From: Neophaeotheca triangularis
Taxonomy: Eukaryota
Length of the DNA: 64,000 nt
Assembly: GCA_054600435.1 (NCBI GenBank)
Contig: BAAIJX010000007.1
Span: 186,001 to 250,000 of the forward strand
Reading direction: 5' to 3'
The notes under the pieces were generated by a model, which saw only the letters and a program-made list of their open reading frames with translations, ran no database searches and was not told the origin of the DNA. The position numbers and the translations under genes are program-made. Positions 26,703 to 38,491 of this stretch are shown here, in pieces (position 1 is the stretch's first letter; the number at the start of each line of letters is the position of its first letter).

Positions 26703-27886
26703 ATTGGCCGTGAGCTATTTCGATATCGTTGGTTGGAGCTCCAGCATAGCGCAGCATGTGAATAATGAAGCATAGCGACAACAGCCCTTTCCAACGCTTT
26801 GAAACCCTCGGTTCTATTCAAGTCAGTTTGTAAGATACATCGACTGGTGCAAGGCCTATTCATACAAACGGCGAAGCAAATTATATATCAGACGCTTCGC
26901 TTCGACGGTGCTTAGCGCAGTGCCGCAACTGGAATGTCTCGGGGCCCTGGCGACACCATCAATACATAGCCTCTCCCGGCTGCGTTAACATCCTTCGAAT
27001 AGGCCGCGGTCAGTGAGGTTAGATTCGCAGCAGCTCGATTCGTCGCGCATCAGCCAGCGGTCTAGTGTCAAGGCGAAAGAGTTAATATCAGTCACGGGCC
27101 TGTTCACAGCCTGACAGAAATGAGCATAACCCAAACACTACCGCCAAGCGGACGGCAGGTGCTTGAGGTCCCTCGAATGCCCTCGGATGGCGACCGCAGC
27201 TCGTCCACGGGTGCAAAGCAGCATTTCAGCCTCAGATGTCGACGCTTGTGTTGGGGCTCTTTCGTGATGACGCCGGGCTTCTGACAATAAACTCCTCGCT
27301 TCCATGACCCTGTTGACCGCGCTGTAAGGGTGCATTGTTCTCAAGTTCGAAGACTTCGATGGTCCCATGTTCGTGTGGAACCGATGTGGAAATTCGCGGG
27401 GAAAGGTGAGGCGCCCATTTTCTGTTATGCTCCCGGCCGGGATCCTTTGGATTCCCTCGTGGTCTATGACGCAGGAGCAGTGAATTACTGAGCCTGGTCG
27501 AGGCTCTGGCTGAAAATACTACATATCAAGGTTATGGTGTTGCGTAGTGAACGAGCCCAGAATGGGACCAGGATACTACTACGAGTAGCTTAGCCTTGAA
27601 GGGAAAGGAGTCCTAGGCCATACTCGGTCTTTGTTGTGGTCTTCTCGCCGGACATATGAGAGTGCAACGGCGCCGTGAGAAGCGCACCCTCAATCGGAAC
27701 ATTCATCCGCGTCAAGCCCAGGCATGCCCTCGGCCTCCGTTTGGAGCGTTCCTTCTGAACACTCGGAGCATTTATATTTGGCACAGCTTTTCGAATGCGA
27801 CGTTACTCAGTCGGAAAGCGCCGTCGATGGTACATGGGGCCGCGACTCAAAGGCTACCTGGCCAGTCGTCAGTCACTGGGTACACA

Positions 27887-28471
27887 TCAACCCTCCGGCC
27901 CAGAACCCTGTGGCACAAACTTCTTGTCACTCGTGCTGCCAAGTCCGAAGACTTTGTCATTTTTCACATCTCTTTCAGTCTCACTCGCAATATGTGGCTG
28001 GTACTTGGTGGGGGCCTTTCGCCTCAAATTTTCGAGCAGAGCACGGCAGCTCTCTTCAATGTCAGACCGACTAGTCGTCAGGATGCTGTCGTCCTTCGGG
28101 AGGAGGATGAGCGCAGCTCCGCTCAAGCGAGTAGTAGTCAGCCGCCTGTCAAGTATGGAGCCATTTTCGTTGAACCCAGTTTTCTGCAGTTGTTTTGTAA
28201 AAGCGGCTGCAACGCGCCTTTTAGCCCAGCGTCTGATGATGACCCTTTTTGTCGCATCGACAGGAACATGCACTCTCCAATGTAGTTCCTTCGGATCGAA
28301 GGCGGCTAAGCGACGCTTGGTCTTCTTATGCAGCGGGTGCGTGTCGTCCTCGAGGAAGGACTTTGTAGCTTCGAACGTGGTACAATTGATAGGGCGCGGT
28401 GTAGGTTCGTATATCAATCGTAGCAGATTGCGCACCTGCGGACGCCCGGCCCGACCGGCAGACTTGGACAT
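27887..28471 (-). CDS. Basic hypothetical protein, RnpA (RNase P protein)-like by visual alignment
   Basis: 194-aa ATG ORF in good context, divergent from eIF1A; KRVIIRRWAKRRVAAAF helix. The coding call is reasonably supported; the function is inference. Confidence 0.7.
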   Translation of the reverse strand: MSKSAGRAGRPQVRNLLRLIYEPTPRPINCTTFEATKSFLEDDTHPLHKKTKRRLAAFDPKELHWRVHVPVDATKRVIIRRWAKRRVAAAFTKQLQKTGFNENGSILDRRLTTTRLSGAALILLPKDDSILTTSRSDIEESCRALLENLRRKAPTKYQPHIASETERDVKNDKVFGLGSTSDKKFVPQGSGPEG

Positions 28472-28906
28472 GAGGTTGGTGGTACACCGTATATAGTGAC
28501 TTTATCCCCAGTGATGTGGAATGATGATAATATCATAGGAGGTAGGTATGCCAGGAGACAAAGAGTGGATTTGGCACGTGCAACGTTGGGCGCAAGTGAA
28601 AGTGACAGCCAGCCAATCAGCGGGCGACTGGATCTCTTAGCAGAAGCGCTGAAAGCGGCAAACGGGCAAAAGTCACGGCGAGCGCAGCCTCGCAGCCCAC
28701 TTGAGCGTGTGTCATAACCTCCCCGCTATTATTTCACTCCCGTCCCTCACCAACGCGGGCTTTCCCTGGTGTCCTCCACCACAAGTCCCGTCTTCTTTAA
28801 CTTTCTCCTCTACTCCTTTGCACACAACCTACCCACTCCAACCACTTCCACACATCGGCAACGAAGCCACACTACCGGACCATCGATTCACGAGTGACCG
28901 GTCAAT

Positions 28907-29532
28907 ATGCCTAAAAACAAGGGAAAGGTGCGCCACCCCACACCGGGCAGGAAAATCAAGGGTGGGGTAGTCGATTCAAAGGGTCCCTTACTGATACCGT
29001 TCCGCTATATAGGGAGGCAAGAACAGGAGACGTGGAAAGAACGAGAACGACAATGAGAAGAGAGAACTCACATTCAAGGAGGAAGGCCAAGGTAAGACAC
29101 AACTCCCGGTTGCTCGTCGACAATCCGACCCTCGAGGGAATAGGACTGTGCACTCTCTGACACCCTACTCCTTCCACAGAGTATGCGCAAGTCGTAAAGA
29201 TGCTCGGTAACGGTCGCCTTGAAGCCCTCTGCTTCGATGGCAATAAGCGTCTGGCACACATTCGCGGCAAGCTCAGAAAGAAGGTCTGGATCAACCAAGG
29301 CGACATCATCCTCCTCTCCCTGCGTGAATACCAAGACGAAAAGGGCGACGTTATTCTCAAGTACTCTGCGGACGAGGCCAGAAGTCTGAAGGTCTACGGC
29401 GAGCTGCCCGAGAATGCCAAGATCAACGAGACAGACACCTACGGCGGCGAGGAAGAGGGTGGCATCGGCTTCGATTTCGGCGAGGACGACAGCGACTCGA
29501 GCGATGACGAGGTCGATGTTGACAAGATCTAA
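28907..29532 (+). CDS. TIF11: Translation initiation factor eIF1A; exons 28907-28927, 29013-29091, 29180-29532
   Basis: Spliced [17 protein letters not shown]...[13 protein letters not shown]...[12 protein letters not shown] with an acidic tail; two canonical introns. Confidence 0.97.
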
Positions 29533-30292
29533 GCGTGGGATGGATGGTTTGGGGGGTGGTCGGTTGCGCGATACGACATGCCGTTGTCTTGCTGGAGAAC
29601 GCTCGATGGGCAATCTCCATGCGCCACGTCGCGTATCCTGCACTGAGTCCATGAGAAAAATGGGAATATGCATCTTTCACGAGTGTCCTATGGGCTGTGC
29701 ATGTGAGGAAAGTGCACCAGAGATGGCCAAGGCCTACGGCGTTATGCAGATTATGATCAGAGGTCGATAGATGCGGCCTACGAAATGCACACTTCGCTCG
29801 AAAATCGCTCATATTCCATCTTGTAACTACTACTTTGTACACGGCGAACAGGCGTGACATGTTTTCGCAAGCCACGCATGTTTGTGTCGCTGTCACGTGC
29901 GCGATGTGAATGTTCTTCCTGGCGGTCAATCATGCGGCCTCAGCGGCTTGGCAGAGTCGGTCGGAGTGAATCTCCGACGACGTCAACCTGACTGCTTGCA
30001 GGTCAGTCGGGTCCAAGCCGCAGTTCGCTTCGCCTGTGTTCAAAGCTCTCTCTTTCGAACCGTCTCCCGTCTTTCTAACAACGCTCCCTCTCCACTACTA
30101 CTTCCTTGGTAGCATCCCGCTCAGATCAAGAGAAGCTAGCACGCACTTGTCGACTCCACCGGACTACGAATCTTCAGTGACTGGTCTGCTCGAGCCATTC
30201 GTTATATCTCACGCTGCCTAGCCGTGGACGGCAGTGGTAGCAAATTGACTTGTTGGTAGAGAGTCAACACCTACCCACAAGGATCTGAAGAT

Positions 30293-32313
30293 ATGCCTTC
30301 AATTCTCTCGGACGAGGACAAGCAAACGGTCAAACGTACAGTCCCAAAGCAGAACAACAAGATCCATGCCGTAGCAGTAGCCAAGCTCTACATCGCGTAT
30401 CCGAATCGACAGAAATGGACCTACACAGGCCTTCAAGGGGCTGCCGTGCTCGCCAACGATCTGGTCGGCAACACGTTCTGGATAAAGCTCGTCGATGTAT
30501 CCCCTGCGAACAGAGGAGTCATCTGGGACCAGGAAATTTATGACACCTTTCAGTACAACCAAGATCGGACTTTCTTTCATTCGTTCGAGTTGGAAGATGT
30601 AATGGCAGGCTTGAGCTTCGTCGACGAAAAAGAGGCCAAGCAATTCAAAAAGAAGATGGATGAGAGGGAGAAGAATGCCCATAAGAATACCAGGAGTAAG
30701 CCCTTCGCCAGCGGGCCTGCGCCGAGCGGCTCGGGTGGCACAGGCATCAGTAATACACAGCCCGTCGGTGGGAGTGGGAAGAGCGGCGGATTTGGGTTGG
30801 GAAGGCTGCTACCTGGGCACCGGGACCGAAGCAATAGCGCAGCGCAACAAGCCCCGGCCCAGAGCATAATACCTCCGAAAGGCGTGGAGGTCAGCGCTTC
30901 TCAACCGTCTTCAGCCAGGGCTCGCGCGACTTCCGACATCGACCTTGCAGACCCAGCCGTTCAAGCTGTGCTCGACGATCTGTTGGCGATGGGCATCACA
31001 CAGGACCAAATCCACGAACACGCTGGTTTCATCAAGAGCTATCTCGAGCAAAACAAGGCGACTGCCGCAGCAGAACAAGAGAAGAAGGACCGTGCTTCAA
31101 AAGCACCGCCGCCACCGCCGCCAGTTGCGAAGCTAAGTCCCCAGAACACTGGCGGCAGCTCTGGTACTGGCAAGCGTGGGCCACCACCAGCGTTGCCTCC
31201 ATCGCGACGGACACCTGGTGGAGGAGGCGGAGCGGGCGGCGAAAGGGACAGCACCAGTGGTTCGCCTGCAGTACAACGCCCTCGAAGCCCGTCTCCGCCA
31301 CGGGAGCCTAGTCCCCCACCGCGCGAGCCTTCTCCGCCACGCCCGAAATTTCGCGCTCCTCCCCCAATTGCAGACGCCGGTAAGTTTGCGAACGTCGGCA
31401 AGGGTCCACCAACGCCGGCTAGGAACCGAGCGACGTCCAACGCCGGCCCACCACCACCGCCCCGTCCACCGAAGGAGCCAGAGGAGAAGTCGACTCCGTC
31501 ACCTCAAGGAAACAGGTTCAACGTACCACCACCCTTCACCGGCAATAGGACGCCTTCTGGACCCCCTCCTCCACCTGCTAGGAACAGAGGTCCCGTGCCA
31601 CCGCCGCCTCCGCCACGAGGCAGTGATACATCATTCAATGCTTCAACGCCAGCACAGGTTGGCATGCCGCCTCCACCTCCTCCACGATCACCAAACACAA
31701 GTGCGCCTCCCCCTCCTCCATTACCGCCCAGCTCGACCAGATCGGTGCCACCGCCTCCTATGCGTCCAGGATCAACGAGTGGCGGACCGCCTCCTCCCCC
31801 GCCTCCAATGCCTCCATCGTCTTCCTCAGGAGGCCCGCCACCACCTCCACCGCCCCCGATGCCTCCCTCTTCAGCTGGTGGCGCCCCACCACCACCTCCT
31901 CCCCCGCCAATGCCAATGCCACCAGGCGGCGCGGGGGCGGCAACGGGCGTGGGTGCCGACACAGCAGCAGCGGCAGCAGGTTCTCAAGCTGGTGCACCTC
32001 CTCGCGATGGTCTACTCGCGGACATCCGTGGTGGCGCAAGGTTGAAGAAGGTTTCGGATACGGAGAAGAGAGACCGCAGTGCAGCAGCAGTGCCTGGACA
32101 GGAAAGCTCCGCACCACCACCGCCGCCTGGAGGTGGTGGATCAGGTGGTGGGGATGCGCAGGGTGGCCTGGCCGGCGCATTGGCGAATGCGCTTGCGGTT
32201 AGGAAGAGTAAAGTTAGTCACAGTGGTGAGTCTACCTCTTTCTTGCGACATTTTCCTACGCAATACGGTTACTGACTTCTACAGATGACGAGGACGACAA
32301 GGACGACTGGTAG
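30293..32313 (+). CDS. LAS17: WASP-family Arp2/3 activator; exons 30293-32225, 32285-32313
   Basis: WH1 domain, polyproline tracts, WH2 (GLLADIRGGARLKKV) and central helix. Intron 32226-32284 yields the acidic end DDEDDKDDW. Confidence 0.95.
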
Positions 32314-32801
32314 TTGCAACATAGTCTATTTGAGTATTCTGTATAGAGGCGACTTCAGAACATTCGGCTACATCGATAGTCCGACCACCAAGTTGGTTGA
32401 GAGAGGCGCCGCTTAGATAAATATTCGTAGTACATCAAAACGCTGAGGTATGCCTCTATATCTATCTAATTACGTCGTCCCATGCGAGCGTGGGCGGCAT
32501 GGATGGTGAAGTGAAGTGAAGCCAGTAGTGACGACTAGTGGAAGGTATGCCGAAACGATCGGCGGCGGTTGCCCGCGCAACGTCGTTTGTTGTCTTGGCA
32601 GGGACATGACGGGACACTGAAACTGCAACTCCATCAATGCGCAAGGCTCAAGCGAACCCAAGCCACCGTTTCGCTAAACATTGGACCTCTTAACACGCAT
32701 CTCATACGGCTCACATTGGATTGGAAAGTACAACAATAACACATCCACACTAATACCCATACGTCCCGTTCCTCTGGCATACTTGCGCGCATTCCCCCAC
32801 A

Positions 32802-35800
32802 ATGGCCGTGCCTCCCACGGACGGCGCGTCCAGCATCCAGGTCACCGTCCGCGTGAGGCCCTTTACCATACGAGAAGCTGCGCAACTCACAAAGAACGAC
32901 GATGGGCCTCTCTTCTTGGGCGATGGGAGTCTTGCTGCGGTGCCGGCGCCGAAGCTAGGAGCCAAGGGCATCAGGCCGGTGCTGAAGGTCATGGACGAGA
33001 AATGCTTGTACGTTCACGGCTGCGCATCTCCTCTACCAGGTATATATGCTGACACTGCCGTCCCACAGGGTATTCGATCCGCCGGAAGACACCCCCGTTC
33101 AGCGCTTCAGTAGATCAGTAGTCCCCTCGGGAAAACGAGTCAAGGATCAGACCTTTGGTTTCGATCGAGTCTTTGATGAGAACACGACACAAGGCGATGT
33201 GTATGAAGCGACTACGAAGAACTTGCTAGACTCCGTTCTAGATGGGTACAATGCGACGGTCTTCGCATACGGCGCCACTGGATGCGGAAAAACACACACA
33301 ATCACCGGCACCGCTCAAGCACCCGGCATCATCTTTCTTACCATGCAAGAGCTTTTTGAAAAGGTGGACGAACTCCAGGAAACAAAGCAGTCGGAAATCA
33401 CGCTGAGCTACCTGGAAATCTACAATGAACAGATTCGGGATCTACTCAATCCGGGAAGCGGGGGGAAGCAGGGACTCATGCTGCGCGAGGATGCGAATCA
33501 AGCTGTCTCCGTTGCAGGTCTTTCCTCTCACCATCCGCAGAACGTGCAGGAAGTCATGGACATGGTCATTCGGGGCAACGCTTCCCGTACCCAGAGCCCC
33601 ACTGAAGCCAATGCAACCTCTTCGCGATCGCATGCTGTGCTGCAGGTCAACGTCGGCTTGAAGGATCGCGACGCTTCCGTCAACGAGCCAACGACCATGG
33701 CCACTCTCTCGATCATCGATTTGGCAGGTAGCGAACGGGCATCGGCCACGAAGAACAGAGGCGAGCGTTTACTCGAAGGCGCCAACATCAACAAATCCCT
33801 ACTTTCGCTCGGCAGCTGCATCAACGCGCTTTGCGATCCGCGGAAAAAAAACCACGTCCCTTACCGTAACTCGAAGCTCACTCGTCTACTGAAGTTCTCG
33901 CTCGGAGGGAACTGCAGGACAGTGATGATAGTTTGCGTGTCACCAAGCAGTCAGCATTTCGACGAGACACAAAACACTCTCCGCTACGCCAATCGGGCGA
34001 AGAATATTCAAACGAAGAGCGTGCGAAATGTCTACAACGTGGATCGGCACGTCAAGGACTATTTGAAGAAAATTGATGAACAGATGGAACGCATCAACGA
34101 GCTTACAGCTCAGCAAAAGCAGTATGAAGAGCTGGCCTTTGTGAAGTTCAGAAAGGCGGAGGCGAAGAGGGCGGAGATTGCACACGATGGTATACAAAGG
34201 ATCAGGACGGCATATGACCACAGTTCGGGCGAGAGGAACGAGAGGGTGAACCATGTCCGGAGGCTTAGGCAGGTTGAGCGCAGAATCGGAGCTATCAGTG
34301 GATGGATTGGCGCTTTTGACCAGGTCTGCGAGACGAGGAAAGATGAAGAGCCACCGAGAAGTTTGACTGCTATGCGCAAGACTGCGTCTGGAATTTTGGT
34401 TGAGTTGGAAGGGAGTCGGCAGCATTATCACCAACGGCTCGCGAAATCGAACTGGACCCGTGCGGTTGACACCGCCCTTCAGGACGGCATCCGCAATTTG
34501 CAAAGCCTGGACGCAAAACCTGGCCAGGAAAGCGCAGAGGAGGCTCAATTGAAACAGGAAGTCGAGCTGCTCAAGACGCAAGCAGAGAGCGAGTGTCACT
34601 CGACAGTACTGGAGCAAGACAAGGCTGGAGAGGCTGGACTCCTGACTGTACTCTTGACGGCGCACTTTGAGACAGTCGCCATACTCAATCAGATCATGCA
34701 AATGTCGGAAGAAGAGGCTATACAAGCTGCACGCAACGTGCTAGGCAAGTTGCTGCATAGCTGTACGGAGGCTACCTCACAGGTCATCAAGCCTGATGGC
34801 GGACTTCAAATCACCGAAGCCGTACCCCCTTCAAGGACAGGCACGCCGCGAAAGAGGAAACAGGTCCCCCTCATGGGTCCCTCTCCGTCCAAGTCAAAGG
34901 GTCGAACTTCGCTCGCACAAGCTTCAGCAGTGCCTGTCCACATAGCATCTGAGATGCAGCCACCAGCAGGTCTTAGTTCCAGCCCGGCGAGACATTCACC
35001 TAGGAGGCGTGTCAAGCTCGGCGGCGCTCGAAAAGGCGTCGCATTTGGTAGTACGCCGAAGAAGAAGAGTCCGAAAAAGCGGGCAGTCAGGTGGCGAGAC
35101 GATACCGATGATGGTGCCCTGGTCGAGTTTCAGAAGACTCCGGAACAGTTCGAGCCTTCACCCGAACACAATGGGACAATGGAGCTACCGGCTGCCCCTA
35201 TGCTGTCGGCTGGTTCGGAAGCAGAGGAGCAAGGTTCTAGCCCTCTCCCTACAGCGCCTGTCCCAAGCAGTGACTTGCGAAAGAGCGGCAACGGGCGCTT
35301 CGCAACCGGCTTTCTCACGAAGAAAACCAACGGCTCACCCCCGCCTCCAGCACCACCGACCCTGTCTCTAACCACCTTTTCAAGCGACGACGAAGGCGCG
35401 AGCCCATTGCGAGAAATGCAGACCAACAGCGCTCCCAACCCCGGCAGTCGCCCTACGGCCTCTCTTCAACAATCCGAAGCGACAAAAGAAAACGACGAAA
35501 CCGCCTCCGTCTCTGGCTCGTCGGACGGCGAAAAGTCCTCCTTCACCGCCGACCGCGATACAACCAACAAGATCCGGTCCGCCATGAAGCTCAAGCGCAA
35601 CTCCTCCCTAGGCCACGGTGCCTCCAACACCGCGCATCGCCGCGAAAGGCGGGAATCCGCCCATCGCCGTCGTTCCCCTACAGCCAGCCAACAAGCTGTT
35701 TCGGGCTCTCCGCCTCCAGAACAGCAGGGCCAACAAGGCATCTTCAGCGCCAGCCACGCGAGACGCATGGTCAGGAGTGAGCGCGAGGATGCGCTGCGCA

Positions 35801-36036
35801 GTGTGCTCAGCCCGAGGTCCGCGCCCGTGCAAAAGGGGGCTCAAGGCCCTGTTGCGGTTCGGAAGAGTATGTTTGAGGGTGGTGCCGCGGCCGGTGCCGG
35901 TGCCGGTTCTAGTGGTCATGGGACGCCGAAGGAGGGCGCGGCTACTATGCCGAGGGCGCATGTTAGGACTAGTAGTGCGGTTGCTGGGGCTGGGGGTTTG
36001 AGGAATAGTGTGGCGCAGAAGGGAGCTTGGAGGTGA
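32802..36036 (+). CDS. KIP3: Kinesin-8 family motor; exons 32802-33007, 33069-36036
   Basis: VTVRVRP, P-loop FAYGATGCGKT (kinesin-8 type), SSRSH, IDLAGSE, HVPYRNSKLT; intron 33008-33068. Confidence 0.93.
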
Positions 36037-36654
36037 ACTTGGGATTGGAGGGAATAGACGTTTCGTTTTTTTGGATCTTCCACGACTTTGACTGGGGCAT
36101 GGATGGGTGGCGTTCAAGGTGGACATGAAAGGGGTTTCCGCGGTCATAGGTCCGCGTCGATCGCATTAGGGCGCTGTTGAGTCACCTGGATAGGCTGGTT
36201 TCATGCTTTGGTAACGATGGACGGCGTATGTTGGAGTCCGGCCGCGGGGTATAGGGTTCAGCGACCATCAGTCTTTCGTAAACGACCAGCAAGCATGTTT
36301 CTATACAGCAGTACATTACATTATACATGACATTGAGCGAGCTTACGTACAGTAGGTGATGTCTGATCGAACACTTTCCCGTTGCACCCTACAGCCCAAA
36401 CTCTGACCCTCGGCGACTAGTATCGTTAGTAGACCCCGCCCACTCTGCCAAGGCGCTCTTTCACAGCGATGACATAGCAGCTTAGAGCTTAGGCTACCTT
36501 AGGCACCCGCGGCTACCTACCTTCCGTCCTCCCATCCCTGGGTAACTATAGGTAGTGGGTATCGTTACGACTTCTATCGCCAAGTAAGGTAAGTAAGGTA
36601 ACTTTAACAGGCTCCAGGTCATCAGACTGTACCTCTAGCACGTCTCACGTGTAT

Positions 36655-36732
36655 GTTAGGTACCTACTACCTACCTACCTACCTCCCTACCTACCTTAGG
36701 CAGCCATGTATCTGTCTGTACCTACCTACCCT
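36655..36732. repeat. Degenerate (CCTA/TACC)n low-complexity tract just upstream of the P450
   Basis: TACCTACTACCTACCTACCTACCTCCCTACCTACC... read directly. Confidence 0.75.
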
Positions 36733-36740
36733 ATTCAATA

Positions 36741-38402
36741 ATGGATGTAATACTACATTTTCTTAGATTGGCACTCCTACATCCCTTCGCCTTCTTCTTC
36801 CTCTACTACCCGATCCTAGCTCTCACCTCATTCCTCCTATTGCTCTCCGTCGTCATCATCCCGATTCAACTTCACCGAATATCACAGGCCCCTGAGAACA
36901 TTCCATGGGTAGGCGTCAACCATGCCCGCTTCTTCCCCAAACTACGCGCTGTCTTTCGAGAGATCCCCGCAGCTCGGAAGCCCATCAACGAGGGCTATGA
37001 GCAGTACTCTAAAAAGGGCAAGCCGTTTATCGTTCCCGGCATGCACTGGAACGCAGTCGTGTTGCCTCCAAGCAACGCCAGCTGGGTCGCGGCTCAGCCA
37101 GAGCACGTCTTGAGTGGGAACGCCGTTCTAGACGAGAATCTTGGACTGGCTTATCTGACCCACGGGCCGAGTGCTGACAGTTGTCGGGACTTCACCGTCA
37201 TTCGACGAGACCTCACCAGGCAATCCGCTAAGCTTGGTGCAGAGGTGTATGATGAGGTTCGGGACGCCTTCACAGAAGAGCTCAGCAGTGATGAGGGAAC
37301 AGCGGAGGCTTGGAAAGATATCTCGCTCTTCAAGCTTTTACAGGCAGTCTCCTTTCGAGCCGTGAACCGCGTCTTTGTTGGACTTCCGCTCTGCAGAGAC
37401 AAGTCCTACGAAAAGCGCGTCACCAGTTGGACTTATGCCTACGTGATATGCGCCATCTTCATGCGGTACATGGTCCCCTCGATGCTAAAACCAATCTTCA
37501 TGCGCGTCATCTCCATGCCTTCACATCTGCTGATGTGGTATGCGACAAAGGAACTCCGCCCGATGATTCGACAGCGTTTGCGGGACCAAGAGACTGCAGC
37601 CGGGAAAGATTCTCAGGAAGAGCACAACGACATGATGCAATGGATCATCGCAACCAATGGCCAAAAGCGCGACCCTCGCGAACTTGCCCCGGCCAATATC
37701 GCAGGCAAGATGGTCCTTTTCAACCTCTTCGCCACGAGCACGACATCGTCAGTCTCTTCTTTAGTCCTGGTCGACATTCTATCCTACCCCGACGCGCCAA
37801 CTCTCCTGTCGCTCCTCCGCGAGGAAGCCGCAATCTGGCTCCCTCAAGTCGGCAAAGACCCCGCCGCTCTCCGCAAAATGGTAAAACTCGACTCGGCAAT
37901 AAGGGAAACCCTCCGCTTCAACAACGTCGCGGCCCAAGGTCTCGTCCGAGAAGTCGTCGCACCCGGTGGCATCACCACTCCGGATGGCGTGTATCTCCCC
38001 CAGGGCGCGCACATTCACTCCGACATCGCGAACATGCAACGCGACCCAGCCTTCTATGGACCTACGGCGGACAGGTACGACCCGTTTCGATTCTGCACCG
38101 ATGGCGATGATGGCGGTGCCGAGGTCAACGCGGCCAAACTACGACGTGCTTTCGCAGTGAATCTCTCACCGGAATATCTGTCTTTTGGATTGGGGAGACA
38201 TGCCTGTCCCGGACGCTTCTTCGCTGTAAATGCTATCAAGCTCATGTTGGGACATCTGCTGTTGGAGTATGAAGTCGAGCCTCTCAGGGAGAAGGCAAAA
38301 ATGATCGAACTAGGGGAAGAGGTTGTGCCTAGCGAGAAGGTCATGATGAAAGTGCGCAAGGTTGAGCAAGACAGAGAAAGAAAGAAGGCGTCGCTCTCGT
38401 GA
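36741..38402 (+). CDS. Cytochrome P450 (ent-kaurene-oxidase-like / group IV fungal type)
   Basis: N-terminal TM anchor, KLDSAIRETLR (ExxR), YDPFRF, heme motif FGLGRHACPGRFFA. Intronless, 553 aa. Confidence 0.95.
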   Translation: MDVILHFLRLALLHPFAFFFLYYPILALTSFLLLLSVVIIPIQLHRISQAPENIPWVGVNHARFFPKLRAVFREIPAARKPINEGYEQYSKKGKPFIVPGMHWNAVVLPPSNASWVAAQPEHVLSGNAVLDENLGLAYLTHGPSADSCRDFTVIRRDLTRQSAKLGAEVYDEVRDAFTEELSSDEGTAEAWKDISLFKLLQAVSFRAVNRVFVGLPLCRDKSYEKRVTSWTYAYVICAIFMRYMVPSMLKPIFMRVISMPSHLLMWYATKELRPMIRQRLRDQETAAGKDSQEEHNDMMQWIIATNGQKRDPRELAPANIAGKMVLFNLFATSTTSSVSSLVLVDILSYPDAPTLLSLLREEAAIWLPQVGKDPAALRKMVKLDSAIRETLRFNNVAAQGLVREVVAPGGITTPDGVYLPQGAHIHSDIANMQRDPAFYGPTADRYDPFRFCTDGDDGGAEVNAAKLRRAFAVNLSPEYLSFGLGRHACPGRFFAVNAIKLMLGHLLLEYEVEPLREKAKMIELGEEVVPSEKVMMKVRKVEQDRERKKASLS

Positions 38403-38491
38403 TGGTCCCGGCGTGGCACACTGGAGAGAATCGTTTGTCAACTTATTGCAAAGCTGTGTTTGGACCGCCCCCCTTGACTTTAATGATCAAT

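Noticed and set aside
27385..27715. GTGGAAATTCGCGG ... GAGTGCAA ... CCGCG, reminiscent of nuclear RNase P RNA conserved regions and lying next to the RnpA-like gene
   Set aside because: Does not match the strongly conserved GGGAAATTCGGTG / ACCGA P4 pairing; only a 5-bp complement. An Infernal search would settle it.
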